Of a stretch of DNA of 33,965 nt, positions 32,606 to 33,965 are shown one piece after another. The notes under the pieces are model-generated. The model worked only from the letters and a program-made list of their open reading frames with translations. It was not told the origin of the DNA and ran no database searches. The DNA is from a virus. Each line of letters begins with the position of its first letter. The stretch's first letter is position 1. Location of the stretch: the IMG/VR virus record IMGVR_UViG_3300011115_000086; one strand, 5' to 3'. A program made the translations under genes and the position numbers.

Positions 32606-32965
32606 ATGAACGAAGAAGTAGCCGAATTTGTAGCGCAACTGCTGCACAGCAGTACGGTGACGCATTTCATGCACTGGTCAACGACCAGCTATGCAAAACA
32701 TGTAGCGTTAGGGGAGTACTATGTCCAAATTGTTGACTTGGTTGACCAATTTGCCGAAGCGTATATGGGCAAATATGATCAGCTTAAAAAATTTCCTGAT
32801 GAGTTTCACACAGAAAAAGACCCCGTGAAATACTTGGAAGGAATGAAAGAATTTGTGGAAGAATCCCGCGAGGAACTACCACAAGACTCAGAATTGCAAA
32901 ATTTGGTGGATGAAATCGCCGACTTGATCAATTCAACCTTGTACAAACTGCGTTTTCTTAACTAA
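32606..32965 (+). CDS. Helical protein with a Dps/ferritin-like pattern (119 aa)
   Basis: LLHSSTVTHFMHWSTTSYAKHVALGEYYVQIVDLVDQFAEAYMG resembles the Dps helix A/B pattern (HW.v.G..F..lH..l.e.y...D..AE). Confidence 0.4.
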   Translation: MNEEVAEFVAQLLHSSTVTHFMHWSTTSYAKHVALGEYYVQIVDLVDQFAEAYMGKYDQLKKFPDEFHTEKDPVKYLEGMKEFVEESREELPQDSELQNLVDEIADLINSTLYKLRFLN

Positions 32966-32974
32966 GGAAAAATC

Positions 32975-33187
32975 ATGGCGAATATGATGAAGAACGAACC
33001 CAAAGGCTACGGCGCGTCTGCTTCTATGTCGGGCAAAGCAACCGCTTCTGACGCCACAGGCACACAGGGAAGCGCCAAAAAAAGCATTCCCGCTGCTAAA
33101 ACCAACATGACTGGCGCTGACAAGTCATTTGGCGGTGGACGTTCCAGCGGCGTTTGCTACTCGCATGACCGCAAATGTAGCCAGTAA
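32975..33187 (+). CDS. Low-complexity Gly/Ser/Ala/Lys-rich protein (70 aa)
   Basis: Track ORF with RBS AAGGAAAAATC. The stop shares its A with the kinase ATG (TAATG). Predicted disordered from composition. Confidence 0.5.
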   Translation: MANMMKNEPKGYGASASMSGKATASDATGTQGSAKKSIPAAKTNMTGADKSFGGGRSSGVCYSHDRKCSQ

Positions 33188-33965
33188 TGCCAATTCCGCT
33201 GTCCAGCATGATGGCGGCGGGACAACCAGCGCCTGTTCCTGACCAAAACAGGGCATCGGCGCTTATCCCGCAGGGCCAGCCACAATCGCAAGACCCGATT
33301 GAGCAGGAGTATTTTGACAATTTAAATAATAATTATTTAAAATTGCGTCAGAATTACGCTGCTATAAAAGACTCTGACGGCGGGAAAATTTTAAGCACAG
33401 ACATTGCGCGGGAATTGTCCCCGCACTACTTGGCTGACCGCACAAAGTCTGCCAATGTGCATGAGCCATCTAGCCAATTTATCAAGCGGGTTTATGCGGA
33501 AAAGCTGTCAAATCCAACCCCAAAGGGAAGCGACAACACGGTTGTTTTCACTGCTGGCGGCACTGGGGCTGGAAAAACCACTGCTTTAAAAGGGCTTACA
33601 AACGTCTCTGAATTGGTCAAACGGGCCGAAATAGTGTACGACACCAACATGAACAAGTTTGAAAGTTCCGACAAAAAAATCCAGCAGGCGTTAAGAGGCA
33701 ACCGCAACGTTCAGATCATTTACACCTACCGCGATCCTGTAGAAGCCTTAGAAAATGGTGCGCTAAAACGCGCCAACGGGCAAGAAAAAGAATTTGGCAC
33801 TGGCAGAACTGTGCCCATCGGCGAACATCTAAAAACGCACATTGGCGCATTAAACACTGTTTATGAATTGCAGGAAAAATACAAAAATAACCCAAAAGTC
33901 AAGATACAAGTCATTGATAATTCGCGTGGCGCTGGCAAATCTTTTGTAAGTTCGCTTGACAAGCT
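33187..33965 (+). CDS. Zeta-toxin-like P-loop kinase, N-terminal 259 codons (continues at 128-245 of the circle)
   Basis: Open frame from ATG 33187 to the window end, so it is absent from the ORF track. Walker A GGTGAGKT at 33556-33579, then IVYDTNM and GRTVPIGEH..., similar to zeta/PezT family kinases. Confidence 0.6.
   Translation, partial: MPIPLSSMMAAGQPAPVPDQNRASALIPQGQPQSQDPIEQEYFDNLNNNYLKLRQNYAAIKDSDGGKILSTDIARELSPHYLADRTKSANVHEPSSQFIKRVYAEKLSNPTPKGSDNTVVFTAGGTGAGKTTALKGLTNVSELVKRAEIVYDTNMNKFESSDKKIQQALRGNRNVQIIYTYRDPVEALENGALKRANGQEKEFGTGRTVPIGEHLKTHIGALNTVYELQEKYKNNPKVKIQVIDNSRGAGKSFVSSLDK
33839..33965. repeat. Second copy of the 127-bp terminal overlap
   Basis: Identical to 1-127 by direct reading. 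Confidence 0.95.

Noticed and set aside
1-33965. Lysogeny module, tRNA genes, CRISPR array, insertion sequence, DNA polymerase / primase / helicase.
   Set aside because: No integrase/recombinase motifs, no CI-like repressor with a peptidase domain, no cloverleaf-like GTTCRANYC-containing segments, no regularly spaced repeats and no transposase were seen. Replication appears to rely on the YdaU-like protein plus host functions.

Overview
The window is a complete dsDNA phage genome closed by assembly. Bases 1-127 recur exactly at 33839-33965, so the unique circle is 33,838 bp, and one gene (a zeta-toxin-like P-loop kinase) is split across the artificial ends. The gene content is that of a small podovirus with P22-type morphogenesis: small and large terminase, portal, scaffold, P22-family coat, gp4-like adaptor and gp10-like tail hub. 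It also has three large ejection/internal proteins (one with a lytic transglycosylase domain), two fibre genes, a GTA-type holin and an M15 peptidase endolysin. Three transcription blocks are visible. (i) A leftward early operon (29939 down to 25237) carries an Erf / YqaJ-exonuclease / mini-SSB recombination module and many tiny ORFs coupled by ATGA overlaps. (ii) A rightward early operon (30088-32563) carries a Cro/YdaS-like gene, a DUF1376/YdaU-like replication protein and small nuclease-like proteins; one strong intrinsic terminator lies just after the cro-like gene and another closes the operon. (iii) One long rightward block runs from about 32600 through the junction to 25145. I saw no integrase, CI-type repressor, tRNA, rRNA, CRISPR array, transposase or reverse transcriptase. 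The parts most worth a second look are: a separately promoted, apparently leaderless unit encoding a Dps-like protein, a disordered 70-aa protein and the zeta-like kinase; an AT-rich cupin plus prolyl-hydroxylase-like 2OG oxygenase cassette next to a poly-glycine protein inside the structural module; a ~65-aa module inserted three times into the adaptor and hub proteins; an Arg-rich 29-aa micro-ORF followed by an unusually long terminator between the cro-like and replication genes; duplicated promoter-leader and GNRA-hairpin cassettes in the leftward operon; an 84-aa SSB-like protein ending in DDIPF; and a duplicated membrane-micropeptide junction. All family assignments come from motif recognition by eye and need profile searches to confirm.
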